Below, one piece after another: positions 9,352 through 19,368 of a DNA stretch of 47,994 nucleotides (position 1 is its first letter; every line of letters starts with the position of its first letter). The notes under the pieces are model-generated. The model ran no database searches, was not told the origin of the DNA, and saw only the letters and a program-made list of their open reading frames with translations. The stretch covers positions 1-47,994 of the forward strand of contig CAVXGR010000010.1 of the NCBI GenBank assembly GCA_963761335.1, read 5' to 3'. The translations under genes were made by a program, and so were the position numbers. Origin of the DNA: an uncultured delta proteobacterium. GTDB taxonomy: Bacteria; Desulfobacterota; Binatia; HRBIN30; BPIQ01.

Positions 9352-9433
9352 GTATACAAAGATGAGAAATCTGTCTACTCCAAGTTGGCGGCTTATTGCA
9401 AGAGATTGTAGACTCGCGGTGGAATATGTTTAC
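9352..9433. promoter_or_regulatory. Putative tandem TetR operators in divergent promoter region
   Basis: GTATAC-N15-GTCTAC (9352-9378) and GTAGAC-N14-GTTTAC (9408-9433) in an AT-rich intergenic region. Confidence 0.35.
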
Positions 9434-9438
9434 GAATC

Positions 9439-10080
9439 ATGAGTTTGCGTAACGATCTGGAGACCGTCGCCGGCCCGCCGGCGACGCGGGCGGCAATCCT
9501 GGACGTGGCGGAGAGGCTCTTCGGGGAGCGTGGCTTCCGCAAGACGACTCTCGAGGACGTGGCCGCTGCCGCGCACGTGTCTCGCCCGCTCGTCTACCGC
9601 TACTTCGGCGACAAGCGAGCGCTGTTCGAGCTGGTGGTCGATCGGGTCCTGAAGGAATGGAACGCAGTCCTGGTCGCCGAGGCGGCGCGCGCCACGCCGG
9701 GCACGGCGCATACGCTGCGCATCGTCCTGGCCGCGTGCCTGGAGTTCGCGCGAAGCCGTACGGTGCTGCGCGGGCTCCTGGTGCGCGATTCGCGCCTCGT
9801 GCGCTCGGCGGTCGGCGGCGTCATCGAGGACGACAAAAACCTCCTGCCGAAGCTCATCCAGCAGATCCTGGAGCAGGGAGCTCGCCGCGGTGACGTCCGC
9901 AGCGACCTGGCGATCGAGGACATGGCGCACGTCGTCTCGGAAGTGTTCGTCTCGTACAGCCTGCTCATCCTCGCGGGCGAGAGCGCGCAGGTGAGCGGCC
10001 GCCGCGTGGAGGCGATCGTCGAGACGCTTCTCCACGGCGTCATCGCCCCGCGGCGCGCGGGTCGTCAGTCCACGCCGTAG
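9439..10080 (+). CDS. TetR/AcrR family regulator
   Basis: [42 protein letters not shown]. Confidence 0.93.
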   Translation: MSLRNDLETVAGPPATRAAILDVAERLFGERGFRKTTLEDVAAAAHVSRPLVYRYFGDKRALFELVVDRVLKEWNAVLVAEAARATPGTAHTLRIVLAACLEFARSRTVLRGLLVRDSRLVRSAVGGVIEDDKNLLPKLIQQILEQGARRGDVRSDLAIEDMAHVVSEVFVSYSLLILAGESAQVSGRRVEAIVETLLHGVIAPRRAGRQSTP

Positions 10081-11387
10081 CGTTTCAGCTTGTCGTAAAG
10101 GGTGCGCAGGCCGATGTCCAGACGCTCGGCAGCCAGACGGCGGTTGCCGCCGACGGCATCGAGGGCTTCGAGGATTGCTTCGCGCTCGAGGTCGCTCAGG
10201 CGCTTGAAGGCGGGCGCTGGTGATGATGTCGCTACGTCGAAGCTCAGATGCGCGCGGCGAATCGGTCCGCCCTCGGAGAGAATCAGCGCGCGTTCCAACG
10301 AATTGGCGAGCTCGCGGGCGTTGCCCGGCCAAGGGTGCGCCACGAGCGCTGCCTTCGCGGCATCCTCAATCGCCGGCGCCGCGGCCCCGAGCTGCGGCGC
10401 CATTCGACGGACGATTGCTTCCGCCATCGGGAGGATGTCTTGGCGTCGCTCGCGCAACGGTGGCAGCTGGATCGGGAACACCGCCAGCCGGTGATAGAGG
10501 TCTTCTCGGAAGCGTTGCTGCTCCATGAGCGCGCGGAGGTTGCGATTGGTGGCCGCGACCCAGCGCACGTCGGCTTCGATCGTCTGGTTGCTGCCGAGCC
10601 GCTCGAAGCGGCGCTCCTGGATGACGCGCAGCAGCTTCACCTGCAGCTCGGGCTTGAGCTCCGCAACCTCGTCCAGGAAGAAAGTGCCGCCGTCGGCGAG
10701 CTCGATGCGGCCGCGGCGGCGTTGCACCGCGCCGCTGAAGGCGCCCTTCTCGTATCCGAACAGCTCGCTTTCGAGCAGGTTTTCCGGAAGCGCGGCGGCG
10801 TTGACGGCGACGATGGCGCCATCGGCGCGGTCGCTGAGCCGGTGAAGCAGGCGCGCCGCAAGCTCTTTGCCGGTGCCGCTCTCGCCCATCAGGAGGACGC
10901 TGGCGTTCGTGCGCGCCACCTTGCGCAAGGCCTCCTCGACCGGCGCCATGGCGGGATCTCCGTACGAGAGCGGAAAGTCATCCGTCGCGTCGCGCACCGT
11001 GCGCTCCCGCAGCGCCAGCAGATCGCGCCTCTCCAGCGCCCGCTGGACGATCAGCCGCAGCTCCGCCGGGCTGCTGACCGGCTTCTGCAGGTAGTCAAAG
11101 GCGCCGAGCTTCATGGCCTCGATGGCAGTCTCAATCGTGCCGTAGGCGGTGAGCACGATGACCTCGGTCTCCGGCCGTTCGCGGCGCGCCCGCCGCACCA
11201 ATTCGATGCCGTCCAACCGCGGCATGCGCAGATCGGTGATGAGAAGGTGAAAGCTGTGCCGCCCCAGCGCCTCGATGGCCTCCTGTCCGTCGGCCGCTTG
11301 GGCAACGGTGTGCCCGTCGACTTCCAGGGCGCTGGCGAGGAAGTCTCGCACGCCCGCTTCGTCATCTGCCACCAGGATCTTCGCCAC
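10065..11387 (-). CDS. Sigma54-dependent response regulator (AtoC/ZraR-like)
   Basis: Receiver domain, [23 protein letters not shown], Fis-type HTH. Confidence 0.95.
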   Translation of the reverse strand: MAKILVADDEAGVRDFLASALEVDGHTVAQAADGQEAIEALGRHSFHLLITDLRMPRLDGIELVRRARRERPETEVIVLTAYGTIETAIEAMKLGAFDYLQKPVSSPAELRLIVQRALERRDLLALRERTVRDATDDFPLSYGDPAMAPVEEALRKVARTNASVLLMGESGTGKELAARLLHRLSDRADGAIVAVNAAALPENLLESELFGYEKGAFSGAVQRRRGRIELADGGTFFLDEVAELKPELQVKLLRVIQERRFERLGSNQTIEADVRWVAATNRNLRALMEQQRFREDLYHRLAVFPIQLPPLRERRQDILPMAEAIVRRMAPQLGAAAPAIEDAAKAALVAHPWPGNARELANSLERALILSEGGPIRRAHLSFDVATSSPAPAFKRLSDLEREAILEALDAVGGNRRLAAERLDIGLRTLYDKLKRYGVD

Positions 11388-11396
11388 AACGCCTCC

Positions 11397-12704
11397 TCAG
11401 ATGCCGGCGATCGGCGGGATCACGACACGGAAGTCCGCACCGCCGCCGGCAGGCCTGTGGACTGTGATCGAGCCGCCGTGCATCTCGACGATGCGCCGTG
11501 CCACCGCCAAGCCCAGTCCCGTGCCACGGGTCTTGGTCGTTCGGAACGGCTCGAAGATGTGCTCCTCTTCGCCCCGTGGCACACCGTCGCCGAAGTCGCG
11601 AACCGAGAACAGGAGCGCACTGTTCTGCTTGCCAGCCGAGGCTTGCACCGTCTGCCCGGCGCGCGTCGCCTGCAGCGCGTTGCGCAAGAGATTGGTGAGC
11701 ACCTGGTGCATGCGCAGGGGGTCGAGGGTCCACCGACTCGGCGCCTCGTGCGTGTCGATCTCGACGCGCCCCTCGCCAACCGCCTCCACCGCCTCGCGTA
11801 GCACCGCACCCGGATCGACATCGGTGCGGTCGAGGCGGTTTGAGCGAAATAGGCTGAGTAGATCGTCGCACAGCCGCTCGAGGCGAACCGCCTCGAGCAC
11901 CACCCACGCGGCGCGCTCCCGTGCCCCGCCGTCCGCCGGCAGGCGCTCGAGAAGGAGCTGCGCGTGACCCTTGAGAGACGCGAGCGGGTTGCGGATCTCG
12001 TGGACCAGAACGGCCGACATCTCTCCGAGGCTCGCCAGCAGGCGATCGCGTTCCATCGCCTCCTGCAACTGCTCGGAGCGGGACGACATGCGCCAGAACA
12101 CCACGACTGCCACCAGCAGCGTGAAGGTCGCGGCGAGGCCCGCGGCCAGGCTGCGCCGAGCCGCCTTTCTCAGATTGACGGCCTGCACCGGCACAAACTC
12201 GATGAGGAAATCTTGCTCGCGGGCCGGAAGGGGCGGCGGCCCCAACAACAGAGGCGGAGGACGGCGCGGCAAATGGTGCACCAGGACCTGTCGCTCGCCG
12301 AGATCGACCAAGCGTCCCGGCGGGGACGCACGGGCCAGCACCTCCATCTCATGCTCGCCTTCAGCACAGTCGCCGGCATGATCCGCCACCCTCCAGCGGT
12401 GCTTGAGCATGGCGATGCAGCGCAGCCCGGCCGCGTGGTTCCGCTTGATGATTGAGGCGAGGGCGCTCTCGCTGAGGCCTCCCACGCCGCGCTGCGCGCT
12501 GCGGATCGCGTGCAGGAAGCGCTCCCCCTCTCCGCTCGCCATCGTGTGAAACGCCGAGCCGACGAGGGAGAGTGCCGAGGTCAGTACTCCGACGAGGCAC
12601 AGCGAGATCGCGATGAAGACGATCGCCTGAACATAGCGCAGTTGCTTGGCACGCAAACGGTCGATCCGCCGAGGCGAGCTCGACGGAGCATCCGTTTCCG
12701 TCAT
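11397..12704 (-). CDS. Sensor histidine kinase
   Basis: Two TM segments, HEIRNPL H-box, NLLRNA, DFGDG, GTGLGL; start uncertain (12704 or 12737). Confidence 0.92.
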   Translation of the reverse strand: MTETDAPSSSPRRIDRLRAKQLRYVQAIVFIAISLCLVGVLTSALSLVGSAFHTMASGEGERFLHAIRSAQRGVGGLSESALASIIKRNHAAGLRCIAMLKHRWRVADHAGDCAEGEHEMEVLARASPPGRLVDLGERQVLVHHLPRRPPPLLLGPPPLPAREQDFLIEFVPVQAVNLRKAARRSLAAGLAATFTLLVAVVVFWRMSSRSEQLQEAMERDRLLASLGEMSAVLVHEIRNPLASLKGHAQLLLERLPADGGARERAAWVVLEAVRLERLCDDLLSLFRSNRLDRTDVDPGAVLREAVEAVGEGRVEIDTHEAPSRWTLDPLRMHQVLTNLLRNALQATRAGQTVQASAGKQNSALLFSVRDFGDGVPRGEEEHIFEPFRTTKTRGTGLGLAVARRIVEMHGGSITVHRPAGGGADFRVVIPPIAGI

Positions 12705-12773
12705 CGCTGTCGCAATCACCCGCCCCCCTTCTCTCAACTTTGGCGGCTGGATTCAATTGCCGGGACGGGCGTG

Positions 12774-13064
12774 TCAGCTGTCGCCGCCGCCCCGGCGGGG
12801 CCGCCGAGGGGCATCCTCGGGTAGGCATCCGAGATCGCCCCCGAGCATTTCGCAGGTACCGACGATCTCCTCGCCGCGGCGCCCGACGAACGAGCACTCC
12901 ATGCCCTCGTTGACCCCGACACAAGCCTCGACCGCTTCCGGCGGAGGCACGTGCTGGGCTGGCCCTTGGCGATCGCGAGCCTCACTTTCGCCAATCGCGA
13001 GTAGAGCCGAAACCGCCAGCGCGGCTCCCAGAACGGGAAAGATCCGTGCCGTTGCCTTCTTCAT
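12774..13064 (-). CDS. Small secreted four-cysteine protein
   Basis: Signal peptide then PPPEAVEAC..C..GTC..LGCLP; GGAGG RBS. Confidence 0.75.
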   Translation of the reverse strand: MKKATARIFPVLGAALAVSALLAIGESEARDRQGPAQHVPPPEAVEACVGVNEGMECSFVGRRGEEIVGTCEMLGGDLGCLPEDAPRRPRRGGGDS

Positions 13065-13132
13065 GTCACAACCTCCTCCGAATCAAGTCGGTGTCGAACC
13101 GGAACAGGTTTGACGCCGTTTCTTCCCGAGAG

Positions 13133-13148
13133 AGCAAAGCCGCTGCCA
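13133..13148 (-). promoter_or_regulatory. Sigma54 (-24/-12) promoter
   Basis: TGGCAGCGGCTTTGCT on the minus strand = GG-N10-GC consensus, about 70 nt upstream of ATG 13064. Confidence 0.75.
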
Positions 13149-13202
13149 CCGCCCGTCCAGATGGAGAATGCCCAAGCGCCAGAGCGCACGGGCGGCGGGT
13201 GC

Positions 13203-13236
13203 TGCGGATTCCGCATGCGGTCGTGCAGGTTGCGCA
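13203..13236. promoter_or_regulatory. Tandem enhancer (UAS) sites for sigma54 activator
   Basis: TGCGGATTCCGCA (13203-13215) and TGCAGGTTGCGCA (13224-13236), 21 bp apart, upstream of the sigma54 promoter. Confidence 0.6.
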
Positions 13237-13411
13237 GCACCTGTGCACGCTGAGGGCGGCGGATCCAAAAGGGGGCGGCCCACTCGCCACGAGACGAGTG
13301 AGCCGCGGTGCGAGGAAGGAGAAGGAAGCTTGTCAGGCAGCATTCGCGGAGACGCCGAGCGTCTCCAGGCTGCCCTCGAACACATTCGCTTGCTAGCGCC
13401 GCCCCACCCTC

Positions 13412-14872
13412 TCACCTCACGGTCTTCGTACCGGAGCGGCTCAGGTACCACTGGTACAACCGCTCGAACAGTATGCGCAGCGGGGCCGGGCCGAGATACG
13501 GCATGTCGTGGTTCACCGGGACGAGCTTGGTCAGCGCGCTCTCCTCGCCCGCCATCAGCTCGGAGATGATGCGGCCGGCGGTCTGGGAAAAGGCGACTCC
13601 TTCACCGTTGTAAGCGACCCCGTAGTAGATGTTGCGGTGCTCGCCCATGACCCCGACCGACGGGGTGAAGTCCATGGTGAAGCCCATCGTGCCTCCCCAG
13701 GCGTGCTCGATGCGCAGGCCCTCGAGCTGGGGGAAGGTGGTGAAGAGGCTCCGCGTGACCTTCTCGACGGCCGGCTTGTAGTTCCCCGAGCTCAGGGCGT
13801 CGCCGGCGAAGTACGGCGCCTCCGAGCCGCCGATGACGATGCGCCCGTCGGCGGTGGGGCGCTGGTAATCGAAGAGCACGCGCATGTCGGCGATTCCCTG
13901 ACGGTGCCCCCAGCCGATGGAGTCCCATTGCGCCGCGGTCAGGGGCTCGGTGGCGATCACGTAGTTGCAGAGCGGCAGCACGCGATCGCGGAAGAAGCCG
14001 AGCCTCGGGGAGTAGCCGTTGAGCCCGAGGACGAGGACGGGAGCGCCGATCTCGCCCATCTCGGTCTCGACGCGATGCACCTTGCCCGGCGTGACGCGGA
14101 GCACGACGGTGCGCTCGCATACCTCGACCCCGGCCCGCTCCACCACCGGCTTGATGCCGCGCGCCAGCTTCGCCGGGTTGAGAACGCCGCCGTACGGAAA
14201 CTTCAGGCCGGCGACATAGCGGGGCGAGCGGATCTCGGACTGTAGATCCTTCCCCTGGACCAGAGAGGCGTCCAGCCCCATCTCGCGATACGTCGCGAGA
14301 TGCTTCTCGAGGTCGCGCGCCTGCGTCTCGTCGGTCGCGGTCTCGAGCATGCCGTTCTCCTCGAAGTCGCACTGCACGCCGTGCTCGGCAACCATCCGCC
14401 GGACCTGCTCGATGCCGAAGAGGCTCGCATCGAACGCCTTGCGGCCCAGCTCGGGACCGACCGAGTGCACGTAGGGCAACAGTCCGGAGAAGCCGGCGTC
14501 GCAGAAGCCGCCGTTGCGACCGCTGGCGCCGTAGCCGCAGCAGGCGCCTTCGAGCAGGACGATCTTCCTGTCGGGAAAGCGGCGGCTGAGATGATACGCG
14601 GAGGAGAGACCCGTGAAGCCGCCGCCGATGATGACCACGTCGGCCCTGTGCCGGCCCTTCAGCGGCGGGTTGATCGCCTGGTGCTCCAGGTCGGCGGCGT
14701 CGAACCAGAAGTTGTCGAGGAAGTACTCGTAGAGCTGCGGCGGGCGTGCCGGGTCGGCGCCGAGCCTCCCCAACCCGCGGGAGAGACCCCAGGTCCCCGC
14801 AGCCCCGGCCGCCAAGCCGCCGAGAAACGCCCGGCGCGAGATCCTGCGCTCGCGGCGCCGTTCGCCTTTCAT
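13412..14872 (-). CDS. FAD-dependent oxidoreductase (DAO/PuuB-like) with Tat signal
   Basis: SRRAFLGG twin-arginine motif; IIGGGFTGLS, GASGRNGG, AWGG, YNGEGV. Confidence 0.88.
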   Translation of the reverse strand: MKGERRRERRISRRAFLGGLAAGAAGTWGLSRGLGRLGADPARPPQLYEYFLDNFWFDAADLEHQAINPPLKGRHRADVVIIGGGFTGLSSAYHLSRRFPDRKIVLLEGACCGYGASGRNGGFCDAGFSGLLPYVHSVGPELGRKAFDASLFGIEQVRRMVAEHGVQCDFEENGMLETATDETQARDLEKHLATYREMGLDASLVQGKDLQSEIRSPRYVAGLKFPYGGVLNPAKLARGIKPVVERAGVEVCERTVVLRVTPGKVHRVETEMGEIGAPVLVLGLNGYSPRLGFFRDRVLPLCNYVIATEPLTAAQWDSIGWGHRQGIADMRVLFDYQRPTADGRIVIGGSEAPYFAGDALSSGNYKPAVEKVTRSLFTTFPQLEGLRIEHAWGGTMGFTMDFTPSVGVMGEHRNIYYGVAYNGEGVAFSQTAGRIISELMAGEESALTKLVPVNHDMPYLGPAPLRILFERLYQWYLSRSGTKTVR

Positions 14873-14935
14873 CGCCTCGCCCAGGCGATCGAGCTCTCGC
14901 GCTGAGCCGCCGCAGATCGCCGGCGGCGACCCGAC

Positions 14936-16009
14936 TCAGCCGCCGGCGGCGGACCAGGCCGCGGTGAGCGCCGCCGATGCCTCTGCCCCTGCGCACGCCT
15001 CCGGCGCTGCGATGGCAGCCCCATGCGAGGAGCGGATCAGCTCGCGCCAATGCGCCTCGGAGAGACGCGCCGCCTCGGTGGAGGCGACGAAGTCGACGAG
15101 CGCCTCGACGAACAGCTCCGGGTTTTCGCAGTGCGGGAAGTGGCCGGCGTTCTCGAAGATCACCAGGCGGCTGCCCGGCATCACCTCGTGCGCCGCGACG
15201 GCGTGGCTCACCGGGATGATCGGGTCCTGGCCTCCCCAGACGATCAGCGCCGGCACCTGCGAGGTCAGATACAGACGGTCGGCGGCGCTGATCGCCTGCC
15301 CGCCGAGGTCGATGACCGCGTGCAGCGTGCGAAAGAACGCCCGGCGGGTCTCGGCATCGGCCAGCGACGCGTAGCTGCGCCACATCTCGGCAACCGCGGG
15401 CGCGGCGCGCACGCCGGCGGCGTAGAGCCAAGACGCCAGCCAGTTGCCGAGCCCGCGCATGCCGGGCGTGCAGAGCAGCGGGAAGACGTACTCGGCCCCG
15501 GGAAACGTCAGCGCCCGCAGGAGGACGCTGACCTCGCGGCCCAGGCCGCCGCTGCTCACCAGCACCAGCCGCTCGCAGCGCTCCGGAAACTGATAGGCCA
15601 GCTGCATGGCGACGCCACCACCGAGCGACTGCCCGACGAAGGTGGCGCGCTCGTGGCCGAGGACGTTCAACAGATCGCGGAGCACGTTGGCGTGCGCACT
15701 GAGCGAGTACTCGTTGCGCCGCGGCTTCCCCGACTCGCCGTGCCCGAGGAGATCCGGCGCCACCACCGTGAAGCGCTGCGCCAGCGCCGGCAGAACGTGA
15801 TTCCAGGTCGCCGAGCTGCCCGCCATGCCGTGGACGAGAAGCAGCACCGGCCCCTCGCCGGCGGTGCGGAAGCAGATGCGGTGGCCGTGAATCGACACGT
15901 GCTGCGGCCGCATCATGGCCTCTCTCGTGGCCAGGCTCAGCTGAATCGGCTGGCGTTCGCCGCCGGGCTGGTTGTCGTGCGTCTCCTCGAGACTCTCCGT
16001 AGCGGGCAT
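14936..16009 (-). CDS. Alpha/beta fold hydrolase
   Basis: LLVHGMAG, DLLGHGES, GQSLGG nucleophile elbow, WGGQD, GHFPH; GAGGTG RBS. Confidence 0.9.
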   Translation of the reverse strand: MPATESLEETHDNQPGGERQPIQLSLATREAMMRPQHVSIHGHRICFRTAGEGPVLLLVHGMAGSSATWNHVLPALAQRFTVVAPDLLGHGESGKPRRNEYSLSAHANVLRDLLNVLGHERATFVGQSLGGGVAMQLAYQFPERCERLVLVSSGGLGREVSVLLRALTFPGAEYVFPLLCTPGMRGLGNWLASWLYAAGVRAAPAVAEMWRSYASLADAETRRAFFRTLHAVIDLGGQAISAADRLYLTSQVPALIVWGGQDPIIPVSHAVAAHEVMPGSRLVIFENAGHFPHCENPELFVEALVDFVASTEAARLSEAHWRELIRSSHGAAIAAPEACAGAEASAALTAAWSAAGG

Positions 16010-16110
16010 GCTCACCTCCCCGTTCCGAGATATGTCTGATTGAGAGCCTGAATGGCCCAGTGCCCCTCTACCACGGAAGCCCAGGCGGATATCGAGTGGG
16101 CCCGCGCGGC

Positions 16111-16540
16111 AGTAGTGGTGGATCTTGGGATCAACCGCGTTTCGTTTCAACTTCCCCTTACCAATCAAAATCCCCCACGACCCAACTTGGGCCGGGGGAT
16201 CGCGCCGCGAAGCGGCGCAGGCATGTAGCCCCGGGTCGGAGACCCGGGGATCCCGGGTCCGCCTTCCCCGATGCGCCCCGCCAGGGGCGCAGGCGTGCAA
16301 CCCCGGGTGCAGAGGCCTGTGTCAAAACCGCGCCCGCGCCCCTCGCGGGGCGCCCACCGACGTCGACTTCGGAGTCCCCGGGTCTCCGACCCGGGGCTAC
16401 ACGCCTGCGCCCCTCCGGGGCAAATGATCTCCGAGCTCCCGGCCACAGATGCAACCTCGGGAAGTCGGGTTCAACTCAACCAAGCGGGGGTTGCGGTGGA
16501 TCGAAGTTGACCGCGTTTCATTTCAAAATCTCCCACTACC
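16111..16540. mobile_element. Non-autonomous MITE-like element with terminal inverted repeats and 8-bp target duplication
   Basis: Left end AGTAGTGGTGGATCTTG; right end reverse complement GGTAGTGGGAGATTTTG; CGCGCGGC duplicated at 16103-16110 and 16541-16548. Confidence 0.65.
16202..16421. repeat. GTAG-type REP cluster (inverted doublet plus partial copy)
   Basis: GCAGGCATGTAGCCCCGGGTCGGAGACCCGGGG and its inverse CCCCGGGTCTCCGACCCGGGGCTACACGCCTGC; same family as 41598 and 43727. Confidence 0.8.
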
Positions 16541-16612
16541 CGCGCGGCAGGTACTGTCCTTGCGATTATAGGGATCGAGATCAGGGCAGCCGCGGCACCC
16601 GCCCGGCGACTC

Positions 16613-17983
16613 TCACTCGCAATGGGCGTCGGCCTCGGCGAGCGCCACGTCGAGCTTGGCGATGCCCTCGTCGATCTCGTCCTTGCCGACGATCAGGGGC
16701 GGCGCCAGCGCCAGCACCGTGCCGGGATTGGCCGCCATGGCAATCATGCCGAGCTCGACGAGCTTCTTGCCGACCGCGAGCTTCGGATTCATCCCCGGCT
16801 GCAGCTTGCCGCTCGCCGGTACCATCGGCTCCTTGGTCCGGCGGTTGCGGACCAGCTCGAGGCCGACGAAGAGCCCCTTGCCGCGCACGTCGCCGACGCT
16901 GGGGTGGCGCTCCGCCACCTGCCGAGCGCGCTCGAGCAGGTAATCGCCCTGGCGCGCCGCGTTGGCGATGAGATCGTCGTCCTGGTAGCAGGCGATCACC
17001 TCCACGGCGGCGGCGCACGCCAGCGCGTGGCCCGCGTAGGTGGCCCCGTGGCTGAAGAAATGCTCCTTGAAGAAGTCGCCGATCGGCTTGCGCACAATGG
17101 CCGCGCCGAGCGGCACGTAGGCGCCGTTGATGCCCTTGGCCATGGTCATGATGTCGGGCACCACCTTCCAGTGATCGACGGCAAACCAGGCGCCGGTGCG
17201 CCCGAACCCGGTCATCACCTCGTCGGCGATCAGCAGGATGCCGTGGCGATCGCAGATCTCGCGCACGCCCGGAAGGTAGGCGTCCGGGGGCACGATGATG
17301 CCGTTGGCGCCGGTGATCGGCTCGAGCACCATCGCCGCGATGCGTTCGCCGCCACCCTCCCATTCGATGACCCGCTCCAGGTAGTCGAGATGCCGCGCGG
17401 CGCACTCCTCCGGATCCGCCGTGCCGAAGACGCAGCGGTACGGGTAGGGCTGCGGCACGCGGATGAACTCGGCGCCGCCCGGGACCTGCGCCCAGTTGCG
17501 CGGGTCGCCGGCCGACGCCGACATCGAGGCCGCCGTACCGCCGTGGTACGTCTGGTAGTGGGTGATGATCTTGCGGCGACCGGTGTACTGATGGGCGATC
17601 TTGAACGCCGCCTCGTTCGCCTCCGTGCCGCCCAGGGTGAGAAAGCTGCGCGAGAGATCGCCCGGGGTGACCTCGGCGAGCAGCTTGGCGAGCCGGGCCC
17701 GCGGCTCCGTCGAGAACACCGGAGCGAACGAGCACAGCTGCTTCAGCTGGCGCTCGATGGCGCCGAGGACTCTCGGATCCTGGTGTCCGAGGTTGTGGCT
17801 GACGAAGCAGGAGCTGAAGTCGAGCATCTCGCGCCCGCTCTCGGTGGTGAAGCGTGCCCCTCGGGCGGACACCACGCGCAGGGGCGCCTGCGCCGGCTGG
17901 AAGCTCCACGAGTGAAAGAGGTTCTCGACCTCGTAGCGGTCGAGAGCGGATGGGTCCCGGGGAATGTCGCGGTAGCTCTTCAC
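16613..17983 (-). CDS. Class III PLP-dependent aminotransferase
   Basis: GGTEANE, YHGGT, LEPITG, IADEVMTGFGRTG, PDIMTMAKG. Confidence 0.95.
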   Translation of the reverse strand: MKSYRDIPRDPSALDRYEVENLFHSWSFQPAQAPLRVVSARGARFTTESGREMLDFSSCFVSHNLGHQDPRVLGAIERQLKQLCSFAPVFSTEPRARLAKLLAEVTPGDLSRSFLTLGGTEANEAAFKIAHQYTGRRKIITHYQTYHGGTAASMSASAGDPRNWAQVPGGAEFIRVPQPYPYRCVFGTADPEECAARHLDYLERVIEWEGGGERIAAMVLEPITGANGIIVPPDAYLPGVREICDRHGILLIADEVMTGFGRTGAWFAVDHWKVVPDIMTMAKGINGAYVPLGAAIVRKPIGDFFKEHFFSHGATYAGHALACAAAVEVIACYQDDDLIANAARQGDYLLERARQVAERHPSVGDVRGKGLFVGLELVRNRRTKEPMVPASGKLQPGMNPKLAVGKKLVELGMIAMAANPGTVLALAPPLIVGKDEIDEGIAKLDVALAEADAHCE

Positions 17984-18196
17984 GGCTCACCTCAGCTCTT
18001 CGCCAGGGGAATCACGGCAGCGCACCCGCGTCAAATGCACCACCAGCGGCCCTCCCCGCGAATGATCGTCAGCGCTTCGAGCCCGCCCCCCGCGGGTGCG
18101 GTAAGGCCACGGTCTTGACTGGGCCCGAGATTATGGCACATAAGGTGTCATTACCTTTGGCAGCGGCGTCGCCCCCGGGGCGAACGAGGAGAGAGC

Positions 18197-19279
18197 ATGC
18201 GGCGACTGATCTTGTGGGTGGTCGGAATCGGCCTGATCGCGGCGGCGGTTGCGGTCGTGGCGGTGCGCGTCCCGGCGGTGCAGGATCTCATCTTGCGGCG
18301 GATGATCGCCCGGCGGATGAGCGCCTCGCCGAAACAGCTGCTCGGCGACGACGCCCTGCGGGTTCTCCTCTGCGGCACCTCATCGCCGATGCCGCACCCG
18401 ACGCGCGCCAAGGCGTGCGTCGCCGTGTTCGCGGCGGGTCACTTCTGGGTGGTCGACACCGGACCCGGCTCGTGGAACCGCCTGGCGCTCTGGCGAATCG
18501 ACGGGCGCGACATCGGCGGAGTTCTCCTCACCCACTTCCACTCCGACCACATCGCCGAGCTCGGCGAGTTCAACCTGCAGACCTGGGCAGCGGGCCGCCC
18601 GGGACCACTGCAGGTGTACGGGCCTCCGGGTGTCGAGCGCGTGGTCGCCGGCTTCACCGAAGCGTACGCTCTGGATTCGGGTTATCGCATCGCGCACCAC
18701 GGCGCCGCACTCCTGCCGCCGGACGTCGGCCGCATGCAGGCTCGGGTGATTGCGGGCCCCGCCGAGGGCGCCGGGCCCACGGTGGTGCTCCAGGAGGGCG
18801 GCCTCACCATCACGGCCTTCGCCGTGAATCACAAGCCGGTGGTCCCCGCCTACGGGTATCGCTTCGACTACCGCGGCCGTTCCGTCGTCGTCAGCGGCGA
18901 CACCGTCAAGGACCCGGGGCTGATTGCGGCGGCCAAGGGAGCCGACGTCCTGGTCCACGAGGCGCAGGCGAACCACATCGTCGCCATGATGCGCGAGGAG
19001 GCCGAGAAGCTCGGGCGCACCCGCATCGCCAAGATCCTCGGCGACATTCCGAGCTATCACACCTCACCCGTCCAAGCTGCCGAAGCGGCCAACGAGGCCG
19101 GGGTGAAGCTTCTGGTGATGTACCACCTGACGCCACCACCGCCGGCGAAGCTGGTCGAGCGCGCCTTCGTCCGCGGTGTCGCCGCGGTGCGCCCCAGTGG
19201 CTGGGTTCTCGCCGACGATGGGATGCTGGTGACCCTGCCGATCGGCTCCGATGCCGTCGAGGTCGGGAAGATCGAGTGA
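18197..19279 (+). CDS. MBL-fold hydrolase, RNase Z/arylsulfatase-like, with N-terminal anchor
   Basis: LCGTSSP, VDTGPG, THFHSDH, SGDT, LVHEA, HTSP, YHL. Confidence 0.88.
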   Translation: MRRLILWVVGIGLIAAAVAVVAVRVPAVQDLILRRMIARRMSASPKQLLGDDALRVLLCGTSSPMPHPTRAKACVAVFAAGHFWVVDTGPGSWNRLALWRIDGRDIGGVLLTHFHSDHIAELGEFNLQTWAAGRPGPLQVYGPPGVERVVAGFTEAYALDSGYRIAHHGAALLPPDVGRMQARVIAGPAEGAGPTVVLQEGGLTITAFAVNHKPVVPAYGYRFDYRGRSVVVSGDTVKDPGLIAAAKGADVLVHEAQANHIVAMMREEAEKLGRTRIAKILGDIPSYHTSPVQAAEAANEAGVKLLVMYHLTPPPPAKLVERAFVRGVAAVRPSGWVLADDGMLVTLPIGSDAVEVGKIE

Positions 19280-19368
19280 GCCCCCGCTGCCTGGCGGAAA
19301 CCGCACGGCAATAGACAGTCGCGGTGCCGGCATGCAATGCTCCGCGCCCGCAGGAGAGGACGACAGAG

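Noticed and set aside
18134..18149. TGGCAC-containing sigma54 promoter upstream of the MBL hydrolase
   Set aside because: The -12 position reads GT instead of the required GC
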